Shown here: piece by piece, positions 1 through 9,923 of the stretch | Layout: each line of letters begins with the position of its first letter | How positions within the stretch are numbered: position 1 is the stretch's first letter | Source: Cyanobacteria bacterium auto_48_18 | GTDB taxonomy: Bacteria; Cyanobacteriota; Vampirovibrionia; Obscuribacterales; Obscuribacteraceae | Assembly (NCBI GenBank): GCA_036170915.1 | Contig: JAVHQC010000025.1 | Location: forward strand, 64,001-128,000 | Length of the DNA stretch: 64,000 nt | Direction: 5' to 3' | The notes under the pieces: model-generated | The model's input: the letters and a program-made list of their open reading frames with translations, nothing else | Databases searched by the model: none | What the model was told of the DNA's origin: nothing | Program-made: the position numbers and the translations under genes

Positions 1-1
1 C

Positions 2-235
2 CGTTACGCTCATTTGAATAAAATCAATGCCAAATTGCGCCTCGGGCAATCCGTAAAGGCCGGCGACCTGTTAGGCTTTGTGGGCGTATCTGGAACCGGG
101 CAGAATTTGCCTGGCCGCACAAAATATCCCCACCTGCATTTTGAAATTTTACTGGACGGTAAATATTTGGGATATGGCCTGACACCGGCCGAAACAGTAG
201 GAATCTTTGAAGACATTTTTGAATCTGCGCATTAG
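2..235 (+). CDS. M23-family metallopeptidase, C-terminal part (truncated by window edge)
   Basis: RYAHL...GQSVKAGDLLGFVGVSG...PHLHFEI, the M23 HxH motif region. Confidence 0.85.
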   Translation, partial: RYAHLNKINAKLRLGQSVKAGDLLGFVGVSGTGQNLPGRTKYPHLHFEILLDGKYLGYGLTPAETVGIFEDIFESAH

Positions 236-248
236 AAAGAGGGGCTAC

Positions 249-3032
249 ATGAGTTCGGAGCGTTCATCAGCAAGCGAAATAACAGCTGCCAAGGCCATTC
301 ACTACATGAAGGCAAAAAGTTTGCTTACCGCTTTCAGTTTTAGTTTGACTCTGCTGCCGGCCTGCTTAAATCTGGCTACACCAGCTGCCTGCGCCGGTTC
401 AAAGCATCATGCCAAATCAACTCATGTTCGGAATTTGATCGCAGCTAAAGCAGAGCAGAGCGAAGTCGAAAGCGATGAAGAAGATGCCAAACCCGCCAAG
501 AGCAAAGAGAAAAAAGCAGAAGACAAGAAGTCTGACGCGAAAGTAGACGATAAAAAAGCCAAAGCTAAAGATTCGAAAGAGAAGAACAAAGACGAAAAAG
601 TCAGCGAAAAAACAGACAAAGCTGATAAAGAAGACAAAAAGACTAAAGCCGAAAAGTCCAAAGATAAAGACGAGCCGGTAGTAGCCAAAAAAGGCTTCTT
701 TAATCGCGGCAAAGACGCTAAAGAAGAAAAAGTAGAAAAAGTAGAAAAAGAAGTCAAAGAAGTAAAAGAAGAGAAAGTCCAAAAAAAAGAGATAGTCAAA
801 GCTAAGCCGGCAACTGCAACACCGGTTAAAGATGTAGAAGCGAAAAGCGAAGTAGAAAAGAAAAGCGATGCGAAAGAAGAAAAGGCATTACTTTTTGAAC
901 CAGATACCGCTCTCATCAGCGTACTCAAAGATCTGAACCGTACTCTAAAAGAACCGGAAGAGCAAAATAAAATTGAAGACGTCAATCAACGCATGATTGT
1001 GTCGCTTGCCTCAAACGTGCTCGATAAGGCACTTAGCGAACCAGGTTTAGCTTTCAATCGCATTTTAGCGAAGGAACAAGAAAGCAAGGCCCGTACAAGA
1101 ATGGCAGCCGAAGCCTGGTCATCAGGTGATGTTGTTGTTAACGATAAATTCCATGGCTCCATTGCCACTATTTGGGCCAAACGCATTGACGGCCTGGTTA
1201 CAGTTTCCATTGCTGGAGATTGCCATGACCGCAAAGCAAAAGACGGCAACGACATTGGCGAATTTCTGGTTGTAATTACAGCCAAGTCGCCTGTAGAAAC
1301 TGGATTTGATATTCAAAGCCAGGCCAATGTCAATTTCTGGTTAGGCAAACTCAGCAATATTGTGGTGGAAGCCGACTGCATTGCCAAGCAAGCGGAAGGC
1401 GAAAAAGTAGAAGGCGACGAAAAATCAGATCGCGAGCGCAAACTTGATTTAGACAAGAAAAGCGATGGTGATTTGCAAAAAAAAAAGTCACTAGCAGCGC
1501 TCCCGCCGCTGCTGACCAATAGATATCGCAGCTACTACGAAATGCTCGTCTTAAGAGACGATCGCCGCCGTTTGATTGCTCAGCAGCTAACAGCAATTGA
1601 TCCGATCGCTGCACCGGAAAAAGGCGAAAAGACTGCTGCAAAAGCAGAAGTAGAAAGCGAAGCTGATGACGCTGAAACGGTTAAAACCGCTAAGGTCAGC
1701 GATGAAAAAAAACCTGATAGCGAAGGCGACAAAAAAGTCACTGGGCCAAAAACTGAAAAAGTAGCAGCTGAAAAAACAGCTGTTGAAAAAGAACAGGTGA
1801 GCGAAAAAGCGCCCGCTGTAGAAAAAGCGCCCGTAGAAAAAGTCGCTGTCCAAAAAGTGGCTGTAGAAAGAGAACCAGTTGTAGAAAAAGCATCAGTTAA
1901 AGAAAAAGAGTCAGCTGCAGAAAAAGAGCAAGTAGCCGAATCAGTTAAATCAGTAGATGACGACAATGTCATCGTGCACACGAAACCAGCTGCTAGAGCA
2001 CTGGGTGTAGATGCGGCCGCAAGTGTTAAAGCAGATTCGACTAGCACCACAACTGCATCAACAAATAGTTCTCTGGCCAGCACCAAAGCCCCTGAAATAG
2101 CAATGGTGCCAACTACAAGTACAACTACTAGTACAGCTACAAGTACAAATTTCGCTACTACATCTCAAGGCGGAAGCACGCGGCCTCACAACAAACAAGG
2201 CAACGAGACAGCCTACGCCGGCGCAGCAGCTTCGATGGAACGTGTAACTGGGTTGGACCTGCCCGCCCTCAAACAACCGAAGAACTTCACCATGCTTCTG
2301 CCTGACAGAGCTCTGGCGGGTCAACCGTTAACGGTTGCTTTCGTCGACGAACAGCAAAATCCAGAAAGCAATGTGGAACTGAGTTTCAATGGTGTCACAC
2401 TTTCAACTGATCAAAACGGTCAGGCTCAATACATGATTCCGGAAGACGAAACACCAGGCCGTTCACTTAATGTCGCGCTACTCTCGCGCCCATATGAGAT
2501 GCCCTCAGTGATAGAAGTGTTGCAGCCATTGAACACTCCAGCAAGCGCTCAGGCTCCCAAGGTCGATAGAGCCAGTCATCTGGTCAGCCGCCGCAGTAAT
2601 CTCGTCATTGACGGCCATAATTTTGACGGCGTAGCTCAAAATAACCGAGTCATTATCGATGGCATGACAGAGGCAACAATTGCCGCAGCCTCTCCTGTAC
2701 AACTAAAAGTAAACCTACCCAAGACTTTGAGACCTGGCCCACACTCACTTTGTGTCAGCACTGAAGGCATGCGCAGCAACCCCATTGGCTTCGAGCTAGC
2801 CCAGCTGGAAGTGGCATGCGATCCCAATTCGAATCGAGTGATTGTAAAAGTAGTTGGCACCACCAGTAAGGTCAACGTCAAACTAGTTAACCTCAGCCCT
2901 GAATTGATCAAATTAAGCAAAGGCGATGATACGAAACTATTGAGTAGCGGTGGACCAGATAACACTGTCAACGTAGCAGTGCAGCGCATCAAAAAAGGCA
3001 ATACTCGCGTTGAAGCCTGGATTGAACTTTGA
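249..3032 (+). CDS. Large, probably secreted protein with Lys/Glu-rich low-complexity regions and a C-terminal IPT/TIG-like domain
   Basis: Long ORF; hydrophobic N-terminal stretch; LVIDGHNFDG..NNRVII..ASPVQLKVNLP..PG resembles IPT/TIG; start uncertain (207/249/306). Confidence 0.65.
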   Translation: MSSERSSASEITAAKAIHYMKAKSLLTAFSFSLTLLPACLNLATPAACAGSKHHAKSTHVRNLIAAKAEQSEVESDEEDAKPAKSKEKKAEDKKSDAKVDDKKAKAKDSKEKNKDEKVSEKTDKADKEDKKTKAEKSKDKDEPVVAKKGFFNRGKDAKEEKVEKVEKEVKEVKEEKVQKKEIVKAKPATATPVKDVEAKSEVEKKSDAKEEKALLFEPDTALISVLKDLNRTLKEPEEQNKIEDVNQRMIVSLASNVLDKALSEPGLAFNRILAKEQESKARTRMAAEAWSSGDVVVNDKFHGSIATIWAKRIDGLVTVSIAGDCHDRKAKDGNDIGEFLVVITAKSPVETGFDIQSQANVNFWLGKLSNIVVEADCIAKQAEGEKVEGDEKSDRERKLDLDKKSDGDLQKKKSLAALPPLLTNRYRSYYEMLVLRDDRRRLIAQQLTAIDPIAAPEKGEKTAAKAEVESEADDAETVKTAKVSDEKKPDSEGDKKVTGPKTEKVAAEKTAVEKEQVSEKAPAVEKAPVEKVAVQKVAVEREPVVEKASVKEKESAAEKEQVAESVKSVDDDNVIVHTKPAARALGVDAAASVKADSTSTTTASTNSSLASTKAPEIAMVPTTSTTTSTATSTNFATTSQGGSTRPHNKQGNETAYAGAAASMERVTGLDLPALKQPKNFTMLLPDRALAGQPLTVAFVDEQQNPESNVELSFNGVTLSTDQNGQAQYMIPEDETPGRSLNVALLSRPYEMPSVIEVLQPLNTPASAQAPKVDRASHLVSRRSNLVIDGHNFDGVAQNNRVIIDGMTEATIAAASPVQLKVNLPKTLRPGPHSLCVSTEGMRSNPIGFELAQLEVACDPNSNRVIVKVVGTTSKVNVKLVNLSPELIKLSKGDDTKLLSSGGPDNTVNVAVQRIKKGNTRVEAWIEL

Positions 3033-4312
3033 ACTCAGTCAGCACCCGCTATGCCAAATCAATTGCTTACGCCAAACGCATCGCGGAGGTGATTCCGGGC
3101 GGTGTAGACAGTCCGTTTAGAGCTTTTCACGAAGTGGGCGGCGATATAGTCTTTTTCGATCGGGCCAAGGGCTCGAAGCTTTATGATCTCGATGGTAATT
3201 GCTACATCGACTATCTTGGCGCCTGGGGCCCGGCGATTCTTGGACATTGCCCAGACGCCGTGGTGAAAAAATGCCAGGAGACTTTGGCCAAAGGCCCGGT
3301 CTTTGGTGCCCCCCATGTTTACGAAATGGAAATGGCCGAGCTTGTTATTGCCGCTGTTCCTTCTGTAGAAAAAATTCGCTTTGTCAATTCCGGTACTGAA
3401 GCGGTGATGAGCGCGATTCGCCTGGCCAGAGGGTTTACAGGCAAAGAGATAATTATTATGTTTGAAGGCTGCTATCACGGCCACAGCGATGCCACCTTGG
3501 CCAGCAACGGTCATCAGTCTTCTAGTGGTATTCCTGATGGTGCACGTGCGGCTACAATTTTGGCGCAGTTCAACAATTTAAATTCGGTGGAAGATCTTTT
3601 GCAAAAGCATAAAGACCAGATTGCTGCAGTAATTGTTGAACCGGTGGCTGGTTCAATGGGTGTAATTGCACCACAGCCTGAGTTTTTGGCGGGCTTGCGT
3701 AATCTATGCAATCAGTATGGTGCCCTGTTTATAATGGACGAAGTGCTGACAGGATTTCGCCTGGCCTTTGGCGGCGCCCAGAATCTTTATCAGGTTGATG
3801 CAGACATCACTTGCTTCGGAAAAGCGCTCGGTGGGGGCATGGCAATCGGTGCGTACGGCGGCCGCAAACATATTATGGACAGACTGCAACCGGAAGGCGA
3901 CGTCTATCAGGCCGGTACTTTCTCAGGCAACCCGCTCACCATGGCTGGTGGCATTGCTACTCTTGAACTACTGGCTGATAGCCGCGTCTACGACACACTA
4001 GAAGCACGCACAGCCCAGCTTTTTGCCGGCCTGGCTAAAGTGATTGACTCTCATAATTATCCAGTCCAGTTGCCTCGCGTTGGCTCAATGTTTTCTCTGG
4101 TCTTTGCCCAAAAGCCTGTGCAAAATTTTCAAGACTCGCTGACGATAGACGCTCACACCTTCGCCAAATTTTTCCATTATCTCTTAGACAACGGTGTCTA
4201 TTTGCCGCCTTCAGCGGTAGACGCAGCCTGTCTTTCGTCAGAACACAGCGAAGCTGACATAGACACCACCATTGAAATTATGACGCGAGCCTTTAAGCAC
4301 TGCTTTGGCTAA
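3029..4312 (+). CDS. hemL: Glutamate-1-semialdehyde 2,1-aminomutase (class III aminotransferase) with a shortened gating loop
   Basis: IPGGVDSPFRAF, FVNSGTEAVMSAIRLARG, GCYHGH, DEVLTGFR, FGKALGGG (PLP Lys), YQAGTFSGNP. Confidence 0.8.
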   Translation: MNSVSTRYAKSIAYAKRIAEVIPGGVDSPFRAFHEVGGDIVFFDRAKGSKLYDLDGNCYIDYLGAWGPAILGHCPDAVVKKCQETLAKGPVFGAPHVYEMEMAELVIAAVPSVEKIRFVNSGTEAVMSAIRLARGFTGKEIIIMFEGCYHGHSDATLASNGHQSSSGIPDGARAATILAQFNNLNSVEDLLQKHKDQIAAVIVEPVAGSMGVIAPQPEFLAGLRNLCNQYGALFIMDEVLTGFRLAFGGAQNLYQVDADITCFGKALGGGMAIGAYGGRKHIMDRLQPEGDVYQAGTFSGNPLTMAGGIATLELLADSRVYDTLEARTAQLFAGLAKVIDSHNYPVQLPRVGSMFSLVFAQKPVQNFQDSLTIDAHTFAKFFHYLLDNGVYLPPSAVDAACLSSEHSEADIDTTIEIMTRAFKHCFG

Positions 4313-5328
4313 CCACCGCCAATATCAAGTAATTCGGGATCTTTAGCGGCCAGCCACTTTTTGCGAATTCGCAGAGCCTCTGCGCGCAGTGGTGTAATCG
4401 CTGCACGCTCTTCCACTGTTTTTTCAGGGCACTGCCGAAGCACATCGGCAATCACCAGATTGACTCTGGCTCTAGCTAATTGCTCCTCCGGTTGCTCCGA
4501 ATGACTTAAGTTAGTCTGGGCTTTGGCAGCGGCGCATTCCGCTTCTTTAAATTCGCCGCTCATCAAATAAGCTTTGCTCAACTCTGCGAGCAAGCTGGCT
4601 TTGTAGCGATCTGGTGGTGTTTCTTCTCCACGCAAATCTAAGGCCAGGTGCAATAAAGTCAGGGCATCATCCGGTTGACCGGTGATATTAAGTGTGCGAG
4701 CTAATTCATAATAAGAGCTGGCCAGAGCGCGGTTCACGACTTCTAATTGTTGTGCAGCCGCGGCCGCATTCATCTGCAAATCTTTTTTGCGTTGCTCTAA
4801 AATTTCACAGCCTTTTTTGCCGGCCTTAAGTGCTTCTGAATATTTGCCCTGGTCTCTTAAAACCGAGCCAAGCAGCTCATAAGTAAGTCCTTCCGCTTCG
4901 ACTCTGTGATACTTTGCTTTTTGAGTGACGTTTTGCTCTGAATTAAATAAATCAATGGCCTGCCGCACTGTGGCTTCGGCTTCAGCGAATCTGGCTTGAC
5001 CACGCAAGACTTCAGCAAACAGCGCAAGATGGAAGCCGGTTTCAAGAGATCCGGGCGAAAATACTTCATGAAGGTTCAGAGAAAAATGCGCAAATTTCTC
5101 TGCGACCAGGAGCCTGCGATTAAGACCATAAATGGTGACAAAAATGGGCAATGCCGGATAAATGAAATAAGCCGAAAGCCCACCCACAATCAAGACGCCA
5201 ACAGGAGCAATCCATTTAAGTAGCGGTGTTGGGCAAAAATACCAGGCTACAACGCTGAGTAAAATCCACACCAGAGCATAGCTGCCCAGGATCACAATCG
5301 TCTCACGGGCAAGATTTTTGATTTGCAT
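4309..5328 (-). CDS. Membrane-anchored tetratricopeptide-repeat protein
   Basis: Two N-terminal TM helices; TPR-like motifs LRGQARFAEAE and LRDQGKYSEAL. Confidence 0.75.
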   Translation of the reverse strand: MQIKNLARETIVILGSYALVWILLSVVAWYFCPTPLLKWIAPVGVLIVGGLSAYFIYPALPIFVTIYGLNRRLLVAEKFAHFSLNLHEVFSPGSLETGFHLALFAEVLRGQARFAEAEATVRQAIDLFNSEQNVTQKAKYHRVEAEGLTYELLGSVLRDQGKYSEALKAGKKGCEILEQRKKDLQMNAAAAAQQLEVVNRALASSYYELARTLNITGQPDDALTLLHLALDLRGEETPPDRYKASLLAELSKAYLMSGEFKEAECAAAKAQTNLSHSEQPEEQLARARVNLVIADVLRQCPEKTVEERAAITPLRAEALRIRKKWLAAKDPELLDIGGG

Positions 5329-5342
5329 GCGAATGTGTCGAT

Positions 5343-6077
5343 TTAGAAGGTCGAGCGCATTTTGACTAGATCTGAGAAGGTGTCCCAGATTACTGAGAAC
5401 TTTCCACCAGAGGCACCTTGGGTGGTGCGGGGCAAATGTTCAATTGGAATCTCAATTACCTTGAAGCCGGCTCTTTCGGCACGAATGCAAAGTTCAGCAT
5501 CAACAAAAGGAGATTTCGAAAGCAATTCTACTTTGTCGAGAATGGCTCTTCTAAATAGTTTGATTGAGTTGACGTCTTTATGTTTGTGGCCATAAAAAGT
5601 ACGAAGCATCAAGTTATAAACTTTAGACTGCATTTTGCGGCGAGGCGGATCGTTGCGATTAACACGAAGGCCAATGACAAAATCGTGATCTTTGAGACCC
5701 TTGGCCATTTGCAGCAGCTCTTTTGGAGCATACTGATAATCACCCGGCAGAGAGAACACCAGATTCTTAGTGCCGCAGGTATAGAGTTCACGAATGGTGA
5801 AACCGAAGCCTCTATTGACTTCATGATTTATAAGCCTGACGTGACTGTTAGCAGCGCAACGCTCTTGAATCACAGACAGAGTGCGATCTTTACTGCCGTC
5901 GTTGACCACTACGATTTCATAATCGTCGCAAATTTCTGCAAGCAATTTGTCAGAGTCATCGATCAATCTGCCAATAGTTTCTTCATCGTTATAAGCAGGA
6001 ATGATTAGAGTCACCGGGTCCAATTTGATTTTGGAGTCCGTCGAGTTAGAGCGCTGTCTGGGTTGAGTGTTATTCAT
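5343..6077 (-). CDS. Glycosyltransferase family 2 (DPM1/polyprenol-phosphate type)
   Basis: IIPAYN..., VVVNDGSKDRT, NRGFG, DYQY, VIG.R motifs. Confidence 0.9.
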   Translation of the reverse strand: MNNTQPRQRSNSTDSKIKLDPVTLIIPAYNDEETIGRLIDDSDKLLAEICDDYEIVVVNDGSKDRTLSVIQERCAANSHVRLINHEVNRGFGFTIRELYTCGTKNLVFSLPGDYQYAPKELLQMAKGLKDHDFVIGLRVNRNDPPRRKMQSKVYNLMLRTFYGHKHKDVNSIKLFRRAILDKVELLSKSPFVDAELCIRAERAGFKVIEIPIEHLPRTTQGASGGKFSVIWDTFSDLVKMRSTF

Positions 6078-6107
6078 GGTTAGTCCAATTGGTGGTTCTA
6101 ATGACTG

Positions 6108-7271
6108 TTAGACAGTTTGTCCTTCGGCAAAAGCCGAAGTTGAAGTTTGTACATGACTTTCGGTGACAGCGCGCTCTTGATAGAAGGCCTTAATGCCGTC
6201 AATGACTTGGTCTACTTGCTCGCTTGTCATTTCTGCGAACATCGGCAAACTCAAAATGCGATTGACGATATGTTCGGTGGTAGGCAAACTGCCTTCGCCG
6301 TAACCGAGGAATTGATATGCCTGCTGGCGGTGAGCTGGAATCGGATAGTGAATCAAGCATTGCACGCCACGCTCAAGCAGATAAGCCTGCAATTCATCGC
6401 GGTCAGGAGTTTGAATCACATATAAATGATAGACATGCTTGAAGCCTGATGCTTCAACTGGCGTCACCACCAGATCCTTCAACCCTTCGGTATAACGTGC
6501 TGCAATCTGACGGCGCTGCTCATTCCACTGATGCACATAAGGAAGTTGTGCCGAGAGAATGGCGCATTGAATTTCATCAAGGCGACTATTGATGCCTAAG
6601 GTATCGTGATAGTAGCGCTTTGACTGACCATAATTGCGCAGCATCTTTAGCTTTTTGTATTTCTCTTCTGAATTAGTGGAGACCGCTCCACCATCACCAA
6701 AAGCGCCCAGGTTCTTGCTTGGATAGAAGCTGAAAGCACCATAATCTCCAATGCTGCCGGCCACAGCACCACGATAGGTGGCACCAGTAGCTTGAGCTAC
6801 ATCTTCCATAACTTTGATTTTGTGTTTGGCCGCGATCTTCATGATCGCTTCCATTTCAGCCATGTGACCGTAAATGTGCACAGGAACAATCATCTTTGTG
6901 CGAGGTGTAATTTTCGACTCAAGTTCAGTTTCGCGCATCACATAAGTCGAAGCTTTGATGTCTACAAATACAGGGGTGGCTCCAGTCATAGATATTGCCG
7001 AAATGGTAGGAACGGCAGTGTGAGCCACAACCAGCACTTCGTCGCCCGGCCCGATATCTTCAGCAGCCAGTGCAAGATATATTGCTTCAGTTCCAGAGGC
7101 GCAACCCACTACATATTTGGCACCAACGAATTGGGCAAACTCGGCTTCGAACTTATCCAGTTCCGGCCCAAGAATATAGTAGCCGCTAGCCAAAACCCGG
7201 GCCACAGCCTCATCGATTTGGGCCTTGTAAGCCTGATAGTGCACTTGCATGTTGCCGAATGGAACGTTCAA
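6108..7271 (-). CDS. DegT/DnrJ/EryC1/StrS family aminotransferase
   Basis: SGTEAI, EDVAQA, FSFYPSKNLGAFGDGG, NSRLDEIQ, LSLPM. Confidence 0.93.
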   Translation of the reverse strand: MNVPFGNMQVHYQAYKAQIDEAVARVLASGYYILGPELDKFEAEFAQFVGAKYVVGCASGTEAIYLALAAEDIGPGDEVLVVAHTAVPTISAISMTGATPVFVDIKASTYVMRETELESKITPRTKMIVPVHIYGHMAEMEAIMKIAAKHKIKVMEDVAQATGATYRGAVAGSIGDYGAFSFYPSKNLGAFGDGGAVSTNSEEKYKKLKMLRNYGQSKRYYHDTLGINSRLDEIQCAILSAQLPYVHQWNEQRRQIAARYTEGLKDLVVTPVEASGFKHVYHLYVIQTPDRDELQAYLLERGVQCLIHYPIPAHRQQAYQFLGYGEGSLPTTEHIVNRILSLPMFAEMTSEQVDQVIDGIKAFYQERAVTESHVQTSTSAFAEGQTV

Positions 7272-7585
7272 CGTTATTTTGCCTCGCTAAAACCGCTGCA
7301 CCTGAATGTGGTCTGTGCAATTCTAGTAGAAAAGAGCATGATTCGAATTAACCCTGCTTTAGTTGACAACATGCCTAACTCGCAACTAGCGCTTACAACC
7401 AGTGCCCGACTGCTATCACAATTCTAAAGAGTGGCGGTCGCTGAGCCCTTAAGGCTGTAACACCGTGTTAGAATCGAGCAGAAGTGAGACATGATCAAGT
7501 ATTTAGTGAATTTCATAGAGTCATAAACTTGATTCATTGTTTCAGACAAAGGTGTACTTCGGCATTCTGAGCGGAATTTAAGAAT

Positions 7586-8638
7586 ATGAGCCAGACAGTG
7601 GAAACAGCTTTCAAAGGCAAAACGGCATTAATCACAGGCGGCATGGGCTTTATCGGGTCCAACCTGGCCATTCGTCTGGCGAACCTGGGCGCAAAAGTTA
7701 CAGTTCTGGATTCAATGATTCCAGATTATGGTGGTAACGAGTTCAATCTTGCCCCCGTGAAAGATCGAGTGCGCATCAACTATTGCGACATTCGCGACGA
7801 GTCGGCGCTCGACTATCTTGTGCGCGGCCAAGATTACGTTTTCCACCTGGCGGGTCAAGTTTGCCATTTGATGAGCCTTTCCAATCCTTTCCCAGACATA
7901 CAAATCAATATCACCGGCACAGCGGTATTGATGGAAGCGCTTCGCAAATTTAACCCGAATGCTATCTGTGTATATACAGGCACTCGGGGCCAGTATGGTT
8001 CTTCGGTATCTCTGCCTGTCAATGAAGAAGCACCAACCAATCCAAAAGGCATTTACGAGATTTCAAATCTCACTGCTGAAAAAATCATCAAGGTCTATAA
8101 CGACGTGCATGGCATTCGTTCTGTGCTTTTGCGATTGAGCAACATTTACGGGCCACGTTCGCAGATGAAGCACTCGCGCTTCGGCGTTTGCAACTGGTTT
8201 GTGCGGCTGGCCATGGACAACGACGCCATTCAAGTTTATGGCGACGGTAGCATTTTGCGCGATTTTTGTTATGTAGACGACACTGTAGAAGCGATTATCA
8301 AATCAGCAGTGACGCCTAAGGCTTATGGCGAAATTTTCAATGTTGGCTCAGACATACCAGTGAGCTTCCTTGAATTGGTCAAAACAATTGTTGATGTAGC
8401 AAAAATGGGCAGCTGGGAATACGCTGAATTTTCGGCCGAACGCAAAGCTCAAGAGCCTGGCGATTTCTACTCAGACATTACAAAAATGAGAGAGATTGTA
8501 GGTTGGAGCCCCACCACAACCCTCGAACAAGGCTTAGAGAAAACCTGCGACTACTATCGCAAGAATCGTGATTATTACTGGTCGAAAGCTCCAGTCGGCA
8601 TGCCTTCTTCTAAAGAAGCCACTGCGACTAAAGTATGA
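7586..8638 (+). CDS. NAD-dependent epimerase/dehydratase (nucleotide-sugar)
   Basis: [11 protein letters not shown]ossmann motif, [22 protein letters not shown]; the YxxxK position reads YEISN. Confidence 0.9.
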   Translation: MSQTVETAFKGKTALITGGMGFIGSNLAIRLANLGAKVTVLDSMIPDYGGNEFNLAPVKDRVRINYCDIRDESALDYLVRGQDYVFHLAGQVCHLMSLSNPFPDIQINITGTAVLMEALRKFNPNAICVYTGTRGQYGSSVSLPVNEEAPTNPKGIYEISNLTAEKIIKVYNDVHGIRSVLLRLSNIYGPRSQMKHSRFGVCNWFVRLAMDNDAIQVYGDGSILRDFCYVDDTVEAIIKSAVTPKAYGEIFNVGSDIPVSFLELVKTIVDVAKMGSWEYAEFSAERKAQEPGDFYSDITKMREIVGWSPTTTLEQGLEKTCDYYRKNRDYYWSKAPVGMPSSKEATATKV

Positions 8639-9027
8639 ACGAAGGCGCCCGCACCAATGTAGCCAGTGGTACCCCGTGGGAGCCAATCGTAGGATATTCT
8701 CGCGCGGTTAAAGTGGGCAACTTCATTGCCGTTTCAGGTACTACAGCCACCGGTGAAGATGGAAAGATTGTGGGCCCAGGTGACGTTTATGCCCAGACCA
8801 TCCAGGCAATCAAGAATATTGAGAGTGCGCTAAAACAAGCCAAGGCTGAGCTGAAGCATGTGGTGCGCACTCGCATTTTCGTCACAGATATCAAAAACTG
8901 GGAACTGGTGGGTAAAGCCCATGGTGAATTCTTCGCTGACATTCGCCCCGCCACAAGCATGGTTGAAGTTTCAAGGCTAATATCATCTGACATGCTGGTG
9001 GAAATCGAAGCCGACGCTGTCATTTAG
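8635..9027 (+). CDS. RidA/YjgF/UK114 family protein
   Basis: [40 protein letters not shown] overlap with the upstream gene. Confidence 0.93.
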   Translation: MNEGARTNVASGTPWEPIVGYSRAVKVGNFIAVSGTTATGEDGKIVGPGDVYAQTIQAIKNIESALKQAKAELKHVVRTRIFVTDIKNWELVGKAHGEFFADIRPATSMVEVSRLISSDMLVEIEADAVI

Positions 9028-9035
9028 TTGCGATT

Positions 9036-9467
9036 TTAGTGGCGGTAAGCATCCACCCAATTTAATTGCAAATCATGAGCCTCGACGTTAAGAGGTAAGA
9101 GCTCAATGGTAAAAGTGCGGCGCTTCTCGCGCGACCCCGCTTCAAGCAAGTCAACTTTCGCGCCACCGCTGGCGGTGAGGGCCTCAAGTGAGCTGAAGCC
9201 AAAAAACCGTACCTGGGCCGTATCTGGCCATTCTCCCGACTTAAGTTTAATTGCTGCTCCGCCAATGCCGTTTTTCTTACGTACCTCTATATAGAGTTTA
9301 TTTTTTCTGGCAAAGGCGCTGACGTCATCTCCTCCGCGCAGGCCCGTACCGGTGACGGCAAATGTGGCAGTTGCGCCAGATGCCGACTGGCTGGGGAAAA
9401 GCAGCAGCAAGAACAAGCAAATCAAGCCCAGAAAATTGATGTGATGGTGACCAACTGGCAATTTCAA
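9036..9467 (-). CDS. Hypothetical secreted protein
   Basis: Signal-peptide-like N-terminus; fills the gap between genes. Confidence 0.55.
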   Translation of the reverse strand: MKLPVGHHHINFLGLICLFLLLLFPSQSASGATATFAVTGTGLRGGDDVSAFARKNKLYIEVRKKNGIGGAAIKLKSGEWPDTAQVRFFGFSSLEALTASGGAKVDLLEAGSREKRRTFTIELLPLNVEAHDLQLNWVDAYRH

Positions 9468-9557
9468 TTTGAATACCTTTTATCAGAGGCTTGCGAGCAC
9501 TACTAGGAACCTGAGCGATTTTTTGAGATACTGAGTTTTTTGAATTGAAGAGATCAG

Positions 9558-9818
9558 ATGAACAATAAGTTATTCGTGGGCAACCTGTCCTTCAAAATCG
9601 AAGAGGCCGAGCTGCAAGAAGTTTTTTCTCAGACCGGTTCAGTATTGTCTGTGTCCATTCCTACAGACAAATATACCGGCAAAAAACGCGGATTCGGTTT
9701 TGTCGAAATGGGCTCTGAAGAAGATGCCGAACAAGCGATTAAAGCCCTGAACGGCCGAGCTCTGGCCGGGCGCGAAATGTCGGTCAATCTGGCACGGCCA
9801 AAAACTCGTCAACCTTAA
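9558..9818 (+). CDS. RRM (RNP-1) RNA-binding protein
   Basis: LFVGNLSF (RNP2) and RGFGFVEM (RNP1). Confidence 0.95.
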   Translation: MNNKLFVGNLSFKIEEAELQEVFSQTGSVLSVSIPTDKYTGKKRGFGFVEMGSEEDAEQAIKALNGRALAGREMSVNLARPKTRQP

Positions 9819-9923
9819 TAATGAGTCTTTAATAACGATAAGCTATGGTCCATGAAGTGTGGGCAGCTCTTCTTCAAGAGTAGCTCTTGCTATAATTTGA
9901 GCTTGTCAAGCAAGTGGTATTCG

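Noticed and set aside
417..2086. Phe/Ser-rich minus-strand ORFs
   Set aside because: Antisense shadows of the Lys/Glu-rich plus-strand gene; the same applies to most short overlapping ORFs in the track
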